Assembly (NCBI GenBank): GCA_020848435.1
Contig: JADLAC010000043.1
Coordinates: forward strand, 670-64,669
Direction of reading: 5' to 3'
Length of the DNA stretch: 64,000 nucleotides
Source of the DNA: Burkholderiales bacterium
GTDB taxonomy: Bacteria > Pseudomonadota > Gammaproteobacteria > Burkholderiales > WYBJ01
Of the stretch, positions 54,874 through 63,342 are shown piece after piece. Made by a program: the position numbers and the translations under genes. Below the pieces are notes generated by a model. That model saw only the letters and a program-made list of their open reading frames with translations. It was not told where the DNA came from and ran no database searches. The number at the start of each line of letters is the position of its first letter. Within the stretch, counting starts at the first letter, position 1.

Positions 54874-55302
54874 ATGGTCCAGGGTGTAGACAAGCGCCTG
54901 CTCGCCACCAGCGCACGGCGCGCGAGCCGGTTCTTGAAGGCGCTCTCCAACGAGCACCGCTTGCTCGTGCTGTGCAACCTGGTGGAGGCCGAGAAGACGG
55001 TGCGCGAGCTGGAAGCCATCCTCGGCATCAGCCAACCGACGCTGTCGCAACAGCTTGCGCGCCTGCGTGCCGATGGACTGGTCACCACGCGCCGCGACGG
55101 CAAGTCGATTCACTACTCGCTGGCAAGCGAGGATGCGCGGGCGCTGATCGGCCTGCTTTACCAGCGCTTCTGCGCCCCCGCGCAGGCACCGAGGGCGGCG
55201 CGGATTCGCCGTTCGCGCGCGCCGTCCGCGACGGCCGCGCTGGCGAGCCCGAGCGCTCACCGGAGCGTGAGGAATAACGCGCACGCCAAGCCAATGCCGT
55301 AA
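54874..55302 (+). CDS. ArsR/SmtB-family transcriptional regulator (sHdrR/SoxR-like), 142 aa
   Basis: FLKALSNEHRLLVLCNLVEAEKTVRELEAILGISQPTLSQQLARLRADGLVTTRRDGKSIHYSL is a winged HTH. One Cys lies in the alpha2 helix region (VLCNL) and a second after the wing (RFCAP). A low-complexity tail overlaps the convergent UbiA-family gene by 46 nt. Confidence 0.85.
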   Translation: MVQGVDKRLLATSARRASRFLKALSNEHRLLVLCNLVEAEKTVRELEAILGISQPTLSQQLARLRADGLVTTRRDGKSIHYSLASEDARALIGLLYQRFCAPAQAPRAARIRRSRAPSATAALASPSAHRSVRNNAHAKPMP

Positions 55303-56252
55303 ACATGCGCGGCGAGCAGCGTACTTTTGATCGCGGGCAGCAGCAGGCTTACTGGTTGTTTCGCGCTAAAGCGCAACAGCCTCCATGCCGCGAACAGCGA
55401 GCACGGTGCCGCGAGCAGCCCGTACCAGGCAAGCCGCGGCAGGGCGCCGCTCGCGATCGCGGCCGCCAAGCCGGAGTAGGCGGTGATCACGACACCGAGG
55501 TATACCCAGCGGGCCGCCTCGGTCCCCAGCTTGACGACCAGGGTGTGCTTGCCCGCGGCTGCGTCCGCGCTACGGTCGGGGAATTCGTTGACGATCAGGA
55601 TGGCCGCAACCAGCAAGCCGAACGGCATGGCGGCAGCGGCGGGGGCGAGCGCCCATGTTCCGCGCTGAACGAGATCCGAGCCCACGACGAGCACCATCCA
55701 AGCGAGCGCCACGGCCAGCTCGCCGCAGCCGCGTCCCGACAAGCGCAAGGGCGGTGCCGAATACACGATGGCGAGCGCAATGCCGATCGCCCCGATCGAG
55801 AGCAGCTCCAGTCGCCCCGACAATGCCAGCGCAAGGCCCACGGCGGCAGCCGCCGCAATCATGGCGTAGCCGTAGAGCGCGATCGTGCGCGGCGCGAAGC
55901 GGCCTTGCGCGATCATGCGGCTGCCGCCGGTGTAAGGGGGGAGAGCCTCGTCGTTCACCGCGTCGGCGTAGCGGTCGTGGTAGTCGTTGACGAGGTTGGC
56001 ACCGGCGTGCAGCGCCAGCGCGGCAACCAGGGTGAACGCGGCACCCGCGTAGGACAACGCGATGCCCTCGCTCGCCGCGGTTGCCCATCCGAGCACCACC
56101 CCCGCGATCGTCATGGTCAGGAATTGTGGGCGCGTCGCCGCGACCCATGCTGTCCAGCGCTCACGAGGGTGCAGGGGACGTTCTGCTCGCCGGCTTGCCG
56201 CGATACGGCCGGGCGGAGCTTGGTTGCGTGGGCCGCGACTTGAACCGCGCAT
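55257..56252 (-). CDS. UbiA-superfamily prenyltransferase (MenA-like)
   Basis: This is a polytopic membrane protein with HAGANLVNDYHDRYADAVND (first Asp-rich motif) and NEFPDRSADAAAGKHTL (second motif). The start is uncertain: ATG 56252 or tracked 56291. Confidence 0.75.
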   Translation of the reverse strand: MRGSSRGPRNQAPPGRIAASRRAERPLHPRERWTAWVAATRPQFLTMTIAGVVLGWATAASEGIALSYAGAAFTLVAALALHAGANLVNDYHDRYADAVNDEALPPYTGGSRMIAQGRFAPRTIALYGYAMIAAAAAVGLALALSGRLELLSIGAIGIALAIVYSAPPLRLSGRGCGELAVALAWMVLVVGSDLVQRGTWALAPAAAAMPFGLLVAAILIVNEFPDRSADAAAGKHTLVVKLGTEAARWVYLGVVITAYSGLAAAIASGALPRLAWYGLLAAPCSLFAAWRLLRFSAKQPVSLLLPAIKSTLLAAHVYGIGLACALFLTLR

Positions 56253-56341
56253 GATCTTTGTCAATGTCCGAACCCCAAAGGAGCGCATCATGGCCGTGTT
56301 GTCGCTCGCAAGGGCAGTGTACCTCGATCAAGGAGCACACC

Positions 56342-56788
56342 ATGTACAAGCACATTCTGCTGGCATACGACGGGTCCGAGCTTTCGGACAAGGCGCTCAA
56401 CGAAGGCATCGCTTTGGCCAAGGATGCCGGCGCTAAGATCACGCTCATCTATGTCGTGACGCCGCACCACCTGCTCATCGGCGGCGGTCGCCCGGTGCCA
56501 GGCCTCAAGCGCCTGGAGAGTCAATACGCCGAGGACATCAGGCAGGACGCGAAGCAGATGCTGGACAACGCCTGCCAGCGCGCCGTGGCCGCCGGACGCA
56601 CGGCCGAGGTGTTGATCGAAGACGGCACTCATCCGTACGAAAACATCGTCGAGGCCGCCAAGCGCCTGAAAGCCGACGTCATCGTCATGTCCACCCACGG
56701 TCGCGGCAATATCGCCGGCCTGATGGTCGGATCGCAGACCTTGAAGGTGCTCACGCACTCGAGCGTGCCGGTCCTGGTCGTGCGCTGA
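56342..56788 (+). CDS. Universal stress protein (UspA family), 148 aa
   Basis: The ATG follows AAGGAG. MYKHILLAYDGSELSDKAL...ADVIVMSTHGRGNIAGLMVGSQTLKVLTHSSVPVLVVR. Confidence 0.9.
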   Translation: MYKHILLAYDGSELSDKALNEGIALAKDAGAKITLIYVVTPHHLLIGGGRPVPGLKRLESQYAEDIRQDAKQMLDNACQRAVAAGRTAEVLIEDGTHPYENIVEAAKRLKADVIVMSTHGRGNIAGLMVGSQTLKVLTHSSVPVLVVR

Positions 56789-56804
56789 ATCCGGGAGATC
56801 GTTG

Positions 56805-57233
56805 ATGCCGATATCCGCCATCAACCACTATAACGTCATGGTGAGTGACCTCGAACGCTCGGTGGAGTTCTACGCCGAGGTGCTGGGCCTCGACCCGGGC
56901 GATCGCCCGCCCTTCTCGACCCACGGGGCTTGGCTGTACCTCGGCGAGCAGCCCATCTTGCACCTGTCGACCAGCCGCAAGGCGACATCGCAGAAGTCGG
57001 ATGCGTTCGATCACATCGCGTTCACGGCATCCGACGTCGCTGCCTTTCGCGCCAAGCTCGCGCAGCGCGGCGTCAAGTTCGACGAGTTCGCGGTGCCCGA
57101 TCGGGAGCTGCATCAACTGTTCTTTCGCGATCCCGACGGCGTCGAGATCGAGCTCCAATTCGCCGGTGAGGACGCCCGCGCGGCGCGCGCAGCCGGGGCA
57201 AAAGTCGATTCGAGCCGCGGCCGCAATACCTGA
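56805..57233 (+). CDS. VOC/glyoxalase-family protein
   Basis: MPISAINHYNVMVSDLERSVEFYAEVLGL...FDHIAFTASD...QLFFRDPDGVEIEL. The ATG follows GGGAG. Confidence 0.85.
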   Translation: MPISAINHYNVMVSDLERSVEFYAEVLGLDPGDRPPFSTHGAWLYLGEQPILHLSTSRKATSQKSDAFDHIAFTASDVAAFRAKLAQRGVKFDEFAVPDRELHQLFFRDPDGVEIELQFAGEDARAARAAGAKVDSSRGRNT

Positions 57234-57297
57234 TCGCGGCGTGCGGCGTTTCGCCCGTGTTACCATCGGTCGCAATAGTCTCGTGTCGAGCGCGAAC

Positions 57298-58029
57298 GTG
57301 ACCGAAGCGCTGTTTCAAGACGACGCCTACCTCGCCGAATGCAGCGCCCGGATCGTGCACTGCGACCAGCGCGGCATCGAGCTCGATCGCACCGTCTTCT
57401 ATGCGGCGAGCGGCGGCCAGGCGGGCGATAGCGGCGCGCTCGTGCTCCCCGACGGCAGCGAAATCCGGATCGCCGATACGCGCAAGGGCGAGGCACCGGG
57501 ACAGCTTCTGCACATCCGCGACGCCTCATTCGCCAGCGAGGGCGCGCTCCCCGCTGCGGGTACCCCGGTGCGCGCGGCGATCGATTGGCCGCGGCGCTAT
57601 CGCATGATGCGGCTGCATACATGCATGCACTTGCTGTGCGCCGTGGTGCCGGCCGCGGTCAGCGGCGGCGGCATCACCCCCGAGCGCGCCCACCTCGATT
57701 TCGACATCGACATGGAACGGCTGCGCAAGGACGAGATCGAGGCGAAGCTCAACGCGCTGATCGCGGCAGGCCACCCGGTCGTGCCGCGCTGGATCAGCGA
57801 CGAAGAACTGGCGGCGCGTCCCGAGCTCGTGCGTACCATGTCGGTGAAGCCGCCGCTCGGTAGCGGGCGGGTGCGCCTGCTCGACATCGCCGGCGTCGAC
57901 CTGCAACCGTGCGGCGGGACTCACGTCCGCAACAGCGGCGAGATCGGGCCCGTCGCCGTGACTCGCATCCGTAACGAAGGCCGGCGCAACAAGCGCGTGA
58001 TCGTCGCCTTCGCGAGCGAGCGCGCGTGA
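57298..58029 (+). CDS. Alanyl-tRNA editing protein (AlaX-type, Thr/Ala-tRNA synthetase SAD domain)
   Basis: (GTG)TEALFQDDAYLAEC...RMMRLHTCMHLLCAV...DLQPCGGTHV carries the HxxxH and CxxxH zinc/editing motifs. An alternative GTG lies at 57283. Confidence 0.8.
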   Translation: MTEALFQDDAYLAECSARIVHCDQRGIELDRTVFYAASGGQAGDSGALVLPDGSEIRIADTRKGEAPGQLLHIRDASFASEGALPAAGTPVRAAIDWPRRYRMMRLHTCMHLLCAVVPAAVSGGGITPERAHLDFDIDMERLRKDEIEAKLNALIAAGHPVVPRWISDEELAARPELVRTMSVKPPLGSGRVRLLDIAGVDLQPCGGTHVRNSGEIGPVAVTRIRNEGRRNKRVIVAFASERA

Positions 58030-58105
58030 GAGCGCAGCTCGCGCAGGCGCTGGCGAGGGGCCGCGGCGCGGCCCGCTAACGCCGCGCTGGCATCGGCCGC
58101 ACGCC

Positions 58106-59290
58106 ATGACCGGCTCGACACGACGCCCGGCGAATGACGTGCACACCCGCCTGGTACACGCGGACAGTGGGCTCGATGCCGATACCTCGGTCGCCCCACC
58201 CGTCTATCCGAGCGTCACCTATCGCGCCGACAGCGCCGAGCAGTTTCGCGACATGGCCACGCAGGCGCGCCATCCTCGTTTCTACGCCCGCTACGGCAGC
58301 CCCACGCACGCGCGGGTCGAAGCGCTGCTCGCGGACCTCGAAGGCGCCGAAGCGGCCCTGCTGCTCGCATCCGGCATGGCCGCCATGGCGAGCACCGTGC
58401 TGGCCCTGGTCCGAAGCGGCGACCATGTCGTCGCCCAGCGCTCGCACTACATGGGTACCACGCAACTCGTGGGGAGCGTGCTGGAGCGTTTCGGAGTCGC
58501 TGCGACCCTCGTCGACCAGACCGATCCCGCGGCGTTCGCCGCGGCGCTACAGCCGCACACGAAGCTGCTGGTGGTCGAATCGCCGTCCAATCCGCTGCTG
58601 CGCTTGACCGATCTTGCCGCCGTTGCGCGCATCGCCCGCGAACGGGGCGTAACGACCGTTGCGGACAACACTTTCGCCACCCCGATCAACCAGAATCCGA
58701 TCGCGCTCGGCATCGATGTGGTCGTGCACAGCGCCACCAAGTTTCTCGGTGGCCATCACGACCTGCTCGCGGGCGTCGTCGCCGGCAGGCGGGCTACGAT
58801 CGAGCGCATCTGGGACATGTCGCTGGTGCTCGGCGGCAACCTGGGGGCGTTCGAAGCCTGGTTGCTGCTGCGCGGCCTGCGCACGCTCGCGCTGCGGGTC
58901 GAGCGCCAGAACGCTACCGCGCTCGCCGTTGCCCGATTCCTCGCGACGCACCGGGCGGTGGCGGCGATCCACTATCCGGGGCTCGCGAGCCACCCACAAC
59001 ACGCGCTCGCCCAGGCGCAAATGCGCGGCTACGGCGGGGTGCTGTCGTTCGCGCTGCGCGGCGGCGGCGATGCCGCCGCGCTCATGCCGCGCTTGAAACT
59101 GTTCGCCCAGGCGGTCAGCCTGGGCGGCATCGAAGCGCTCGCGATGCACGCTGCCACCACCTGGGCGGGCACGCTCACCGAAGCGCAGATGCGGGCTTCG
59201 GGCGTCGACCCGGCGCTGGTTCGCATCTCCGTCGGGCTCGAAGAGGCGGGGGACCTCATCGCCGATCTCGACCAGGCGCTGTCGGGCTGA
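58106..59290 (+). CDS. Cys/Met-metabolism PLP-dependent enzyme (cystathionine gamma-synthase / beta-lyase family)
   Basis: ...YARYGSPTHARVEALLADLEGAEAALLLASGMAA...VVHSATKFLGGHHDLLAGVV includes the PLP-Lys in SATKF. The protein is 394 aa. Confidence 0.9.
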   Translation: MTGSTRRPANDVHTRLVHADSGLDADTSVAPPVYPSVTYRADSAEQFRDMATQARHPRFYARYGSPTHARVEALLADLEGAEAALLLASGMAAMASTVLALVRSGDHVVAQRSHYMGTTQLVGSVLERFGVAATLVDQTDPAAFAAALQPHTKLLVVESPSNPLLRLTDLAAVARIARERGVTTVADNTFATPINQNPIALGIDVVVHSATKFLGGHHDLLAGVVAGRRATIERIWDMSLVLGGNLGAFEAWLLLRGLRTLALRVERQNATALAVARFLATHRAVAAIHYPGLASHPQHALAQAQMRGYGGVLSFALRGGGDAAALMPRLKLFAQAVSLGGIEALAMHAATTWAGTLTEAQMRASGVDPALVRISVGLEEAGDLIADLDQALSG

Positions 59291-59380
59291 ATGCCCGCCA
59301 GCCGCCGAAGTCGAAGGCTCACACAGCTCGAGATCGGGTCGCTGCCGGGTTGACCCCGGTGCAGCGCCCACGGCAACAGG

Positions 59381-60010
59381 CTACTTCTTTTCCGCCGTAC
59401 CGAACTTCGCCCGCGCCGCGTCGTTGATGGTCCAGTAATAGACATCGCGGCCTTCGACCTTGAGGTGCTTTTCCGGCTCCCATTCGGCCATGTCGAAGGC
59501 ATGCGAGACGATGCGGGTGCCGTTCTTCAGCTCGGCGAAGAGCTTGGGACGAAGCTTCACGTTGAGCCGCGGCAGGAGATAAAGCGTGACCACGGTGGCC
59601 TCGCCGATGTCGGTGGTGAACAGGTCGGTCTGCTTGAACGTCACCAGGTGGCTCACACCTTCCTTGCGGGCGTTGTCGTTCGCCTCGGCGATGCGCTGCG
59701 GGTCGATGTCGATGCCGATGCCGCGAACACCGAAGCGCTTGGCGGCGGTGATGACGATGCGACCGTCGCCCGAGCCCAGGTCGTAGAGCACGTCGCCTTT
59801 CTTCACGTTCGCCACCTTCAGCATCTCGTCCACCACCGATTGCGGGGTCGGCACGAAAATCACGTCGGGCGTGCGCGCCGCCGGCGCGGCAGCCTGGGCA
59901 ATGTGCAGGGACGCGGGCTGCGGTTGCTCCGCGCGCGCGGCGCCGGCGAGCGCCGCTGCGATCAAGCCACTGGCGAATAGAACGATTGCGGCGGGGCGAT
60001 TCAGCCTCAT
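59381..60010 (-). CDS. Class I SAM-dependent methyltransferase with an N-terminal signal peptide
   Basis: The ATG at 60010 follows AGGAGAGCAGGA. The signal-like sequence is MRLNRPAAIVLFASGLIAAALAGAARAEQ. Motif I is VLYDLGSGDGRIV. Confidence 0.85.
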   Translation of the reverse strand: MRLNRPAAIVLFASGLIAAALAGAARAEQPQPASLHIAQAAAPAARTPDVIFVPTPQSVVDEMLKVANVKKGDVLYDLGSGDGRIVITAAKRFGVRGIGIDIDPQRIAEANDNARKEGVSHLVTFKQTDLFTTDIGEATVVTLYLLPRLNVKLRPKLFAELKNGTRIVSHAFDMAEWEPEKHLKVEGRDVYYWTINDAARAKFGTAEKK

Positions 60011-60296
60011 TCCTGCTCTCCTGGTTGGTTGCATTGGATTCGAGCCTGCGCGCCTCGGGCGGCTGCGCCGCCGCGCGCGCGGCGCCGTATTCTAGCCGAG
60101 TGGCCATCCATCGCCGCGCGCAGCGCTTCGTCCTCGACCAGCTTCCCCCGCACCCTCGCTCGCCGATGGCGTCGCCTCGGCGTAGCACGCCATCGGGCGT
60201 GTCTGTTGTTTCAGCGCATAGCGCTCGGCCACGGCCGGCGGCTCGGTGCTGCGCACGGCGACGAGACGCGCATCGCTCGACCCGACCGGGCGAGGC

Positions 60297-61265
60297 TCAG
60301 CTCAACGCCGGCGCCGACTCCACCGGCCGCGCAACCTCCTCCAGCAGCCAGTCGGTGAATGCGCGGATCGCGGGCCGCTTGCAGGCGCCAGGCTCGCACA
60401 CGATGTAATAGGCGTAGTCGGCCGGCACCAGCCGCTCGAAAGGCAGAAACAAGCGCCCGGCGGCGATATCGCCGGCAGCGAGCGCCGGCAGGCTCAGGAC
60501 CACCCCCAGGCCATCGATCGCCGCTTCGATCGCGAGGTTGGCATGGCTGAAATGCACTCCGCGCGAGGTGTCGATGCCGAGCGCGCCGACTGCGTCGAGC
60601 CAGCAGTCCCAATTCTGCCGGCCGCTCGCGAAGTAGGCCGTATCGTCGTGCAGCAGCGGGTAGCGCTTGAGGTCCGCCGGGTGCTTCAGCGGACCGGAGG
60701 GATGGGCGAGCTGCGGGCTCAACATCGGCGCCACCGACAAGGTCAGCAGCAGCGTCGCGTCGAGACCAGGGAAATGGCCGTCGCCGAAGCGGATAGCCAC
60801 GTCGGCATCGTCGAGCGAGGTGTCGTTGATGTCCCGGCGCGGCGAACCGTGTGACGCATGCCACAGCGAGCGCATGCGCGCCGACAACCGGACATCGATC
60901 TGCGGATAGCGGCTGACGAAGCGATGCAGCCTCGGCATGAGCCATTTGCCGGCGAAGGAAGGTGCGGCGCTGACCGTCAGCAGGTTGTCCCGTTCACCCT
61001 CACGCAGCTTTTCCACCGCCTGGAAGATGGCTTTGAAGCCCTCGTGCAGGTGCTGGGCCGCGACCCGCGCGGCGGGCGTCAGCTCGACGCGCCGGTTCGC
61101 GCGCCGGAACAGCTTGATGCCGAGGAAGTCTTCCAATGCCTTGAGCTGGTGGCTGATCGCCGCTGGCGTGACGTGCAGCTCCTCGGCCGCCTTGCGGAAG
61201 CTCAGATGGCGCGCGGCCGCCTCGAAAGCGCGCAACGAATTGAGCGGCGGTAACGAGCTGCTCAC
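60297..61265 (-). CDS. LysR-family transcriptional regulator (GcvA-like)
   Basis: GTG start; (M)SSSLPPLNSLRAFEAAARHLSFRKAAEELHVTPAAISHQLKALEDFLGIKLFRR. Confidence 0.9.
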   Translation of the reverse strand: MSSSLPPLNSLRAFEAAARHLSFRKAAEELHVTPAAISHQLKALEDFLGIKLFRRANRRVELTPAARVAAQHLHEGFKAIFQAVEKLREGERDNLLTVSAAPSFAGKWLMPRLHRFVSRYPQIDVRLSARMRSLWHASHGSPRRDINDTSLDDADVAIRFGDGHFPGLDATLLLTLSVAPMLSPQLAHPSGPLKHPADLKRYPLLHDDTAYFASGRQNWDCWLDAVGALGIDTSRGVHFSHANLAIEAAIDGLGVVLSLPALAAGDIAAGRLFLPFERLVPADYAYYIVCEPGACKRPAIRAFTDWLLEEVARPVESAPALS

Positions 61266-61290
61266 GCCATGGACTCATGACAAAAGCTAA

Positions 61291-61329
61291 ACGCAACAAT
61301 GATAACAAGTCATCTGTTGCGACGCAACA
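61291..61329. promoter_or_regulatory. Candidate LysR binding sites: the 15-bp palindrome TGTTGCGACGCAACA (61315-61329) plus an extra half-site ACGCAACA (61291-61298)
   Basis: Read directly. They lie in the divergent region between the LysR gene and the small ORF at 61440. Confidence 0.4.
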
Positions 61330-61439
61330 AAGCGGCCCGAATTCAGTCAATAAGCACTGTAGTCAGCGCAAACGGTGCCGTAAACAACGGTGAGCGGCTC
61401 GAGCGCGAGCTACGTGACTCACACATTCAGGAGCGACAC

Positions 61440-61637
61440 ATGAGTAACGGCAAAAGTCATTTAGGGTTCAATGTCGAGGATAAGCTGAACGAGCTGGATC
61501 TGACCCCATCCCAGCGGGCGCAAGCAGTCGGCGCCATGAAGGTGGCGGAGGACGTGGTCGAAATCGTCGAGGCCCTCGCTCAAGCGGTCAAGCGCATTGC
61601 CGCGGTCGTGTCGCTCAAGCCGAGCATCCGGGCCTAA
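61440..61637 (+). CDS. Small hypothetical protein (65 aa)
   Basis: The ATG follows AGGAGCGACAC. MSNGKSHLGFNVEDKLNELDLTPSQRAQAVGAMKVAEDVVEIVEALAQAVKRIAAVVSLKPSIRA. Two hairpins follow, including a strong intrinsic terminator. Confidence 0.5.
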   Translation: MSNGKSHLGFNVEDKLNELDLTPSQRAQAVGAMKVAEDVVEIVEALAQAVKRIAAVVSLKPSIRA

Positions 61638-61684
61638 GGCCCCAGTCTCCTCCTCCCCTAGAACCTCCTCCTCTAGGGGCTTCG

Positions 61685-61714
61685 AAGCGCGGGCCAGCTC
61701 CCGCGCTTTTTTTT
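61685..61714 (+). terminator. Rho-independent terminator
   Basis: The stem aagcgcggg/cccgcgctt closes a 6-nt loop and is followed by T8 (61707-61714). A second 8-bp hairpin, cccctaga/tctagggg, lies just upstream at 61655-61679. Confidence 0.8.
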
Positions 61715-61820
61715 GTTCCATCCATCCTTTAGCATAGCCCGCGAGTCGCGGCCGGTGCGTTCGCGTCTCGAGCGCGAGCACCTTCATCCTGAACGCCTAC
61801 AACTCGAGGGAGCCCTCACG

Positions 61821-62591
61821 ATGGCCGAGATCAACCCCTATCAGGCCCCACGGGCCGCGGTGGCCGACGTCCAAGCCGCCGAGAGCGGGCTCGCGGCCGA
61901 ACCGAACGCGGTCGATGCGGGCCGTGGTTTGGTCTGGCTCACCCAGGGCTGGGCGATATTCAGGCAAGCGCCGCTCATCTGGGTTGCCATCTGCGTGATC
62001 GGCATCGTCGTCTTCGCGCTGCTGGCGTGGATCCCGATCATCGGTCAGCTCGCCACGACGTTCCTGTCGATTCTGTTCGCCGGCGGTGTCATGCTCGGGT
62101 GCCGTGCCCTCGATCGGGGCGAGGAATTGACGCTTGCTCATCTGTTCGCCGGCTTCCAGAGCCATCGCTCGCCGCTGCTCGTGATCGGCGCGCTGTATCT
62201 CGCGGGCCTGTTCGTGCTCATCGTGGCGGTATCGCTCATCACGGGCGGCACCGCGTTCGCGTTCGTGCGCGGAGGTTTCGATGTCGGCACGGCCTTCACC
62301 AGCATCCTGCTCGCCTTGCTCGCGGTCGGCCTGGTCATCGTGCCCTTGGCGATGGCGATCTGGTTCGCCCCCGGACTGGCGACGCTGAACGACGTGCCCC
62401 CGGTCGAGGCGATGAAGCGCAGCTTCCGCGGCTGTCTGCGCAACGTGCTCGCCTTTCTCGTCTACGGCGTGCTCGGTTTCATGCTCGCGCTGCTGGCGAC
62501 CCTTCCCGCCGGCCTCGGTTGGCTCGTATTGCTCCCCGTGCTGGCCGGGTCGACCTACGCCGCGTACAAGGAAATCTTCCTCCAGCATTGA
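61821..62591 (+). CDS. Integral membrane protein (BPSS1780/DUF-type, 256 aa)
   Basis: The ATG follows GAGGGAG. MAEINPYQAPRAAVADVQ... is followed by about 5 hydrophobic helices. The family call is approximate. Confidence 0.65.
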   Translation: MAEINPYQAPRAAVADVQAAESGLAAEPNAVDAGRGLVWLTQGWAIFRQAPLIWVAICVIGIVVFALLAWIPIIGQLATTFLSILFAGGVMLGCRALDRGEELTLAHLFAGFQSHRSPLLVIGALYLAGLFVLIVAVSLITGGTAFAFVRGGFDVGTAFTSILLALLAVGLVIVPLAMAIWFAPGLATLNDVPPVEAMKRSFRGCLRNVLAFLVYGVLGFMLALLATLPAGLGWLVLLPVLAGSTYAAYKEIFLQH

Positions 62592-62661
62592 GGCTATGGG
62601 GTCGTGGCATCATCGCGCTTGAAGCGTCTGCATACGCCGACGGCGATGGTATGACTAGCGG

Positions 62662-63342
62662 ATGCTAGACACCACGCGCGCTGTCCCGACGCCGGAGGGC
62701 ATCGAGCTCGTGCTGCGTCTCGCGGGCCCCGTGCCGCGGGCGCTCGCCTGGCTCATCGACACGATGCTCAGGCTCGCCGTGCTACTCGTCGCCGGCTGGC
62801 TGCTCGCCATGCTCGGGCGCTTCGGTTGGGGCGTTCTGCTCATCCTCGCGTTCCTGCTCGAGTGGCTCGCACCCGCGGCATTCGAGGTCTGGGCCGACGG
62901 ATCGACGCCGGGCAAGAAATCGCTCGGCTTGATGGTGCTGCACGACGACGGCACGCCCGTCGGCTGGGCCGCGGCGCTGGTGCGTAACCTGCTCCGGGCG
63001 ATAGACTTCTTGCCGGTAGGCTATGGTTTCGGGCTGGTCGCCGCGTCGATCAATCGCGACTTCAAGCGCCTCGGCGACATCGCAGCCGGCACCGTGGTGG
63101 TCTATCGCGATCCCGCGCAGCGGCCGGTTCCGATTCCGGCCGCGGCACCGGTGCCGCCGCTACGGCCCTTGAGCCTGGAGGAACATCGCGCGGTGCTGGA
63201 TTTCGCCGAACGCGCCGCCACCCTGACGCCGCAGCGCGCCCAGGAGATCGCGGAATTGGCCTCACCCATCACCGGCGTCTCGCCGCAACGCGCGACCCAA
63301 CGCCTGCTCGAAGTGGCGAGCTTCCTGAGCGGGCGCAAATGA
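62662..63342 (+). CDS. RDD-family membrane protein
   Basis: PEGIELVLRLAGPVPRALAWLIDTMLRLAVLLV...GSTPGKKSLGLMVLHDDGTPVGWAAALVRNLLRAIDFLP is the RDD domain pattern. Confidence 0.85.
   Translation: MLDTTRAVPTPEGIELVLRLAGPVPRALAWLIDTMLRLAVLLVAGWLLAMLGRFGWGVLLILAFLLEWLAPAAFEVWADGSTPGKKSLGLMVLHDDGTPVGWAAALVRNLLRAIDFLPVGYGFGLVAASINRDFKRLGDIAAGTVVVYRDPAQRPVPIPAAAPVPPLRPLSLEEHRAVLDFAERAATLTPQRAQEIAELASPITGVSPQRATQRLLEVASFLSGRK

Noticed and set aside
58057-58073. GC-rich palindrome gggccgcg-g-cgcggccc after the alaX-like gene, considered as a terminator
   Set aside because: No U-tract follows, and the 1-nt centre forces a short stem. It lies 33 nt upstream of the next gene's ATG and is as likely to be incidental in GC-rich DNA.
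60035-60296. Possible small gene or gene fragment in the 260-bp gap between the methyltransferase and LysR genes
   Set aside because: All three minus-strand frames give short, Arg/Ala-rich peptides with no start or RBS support. I keep only a possible TAGAAT -10-like box as an unconfirmed promoter hint.
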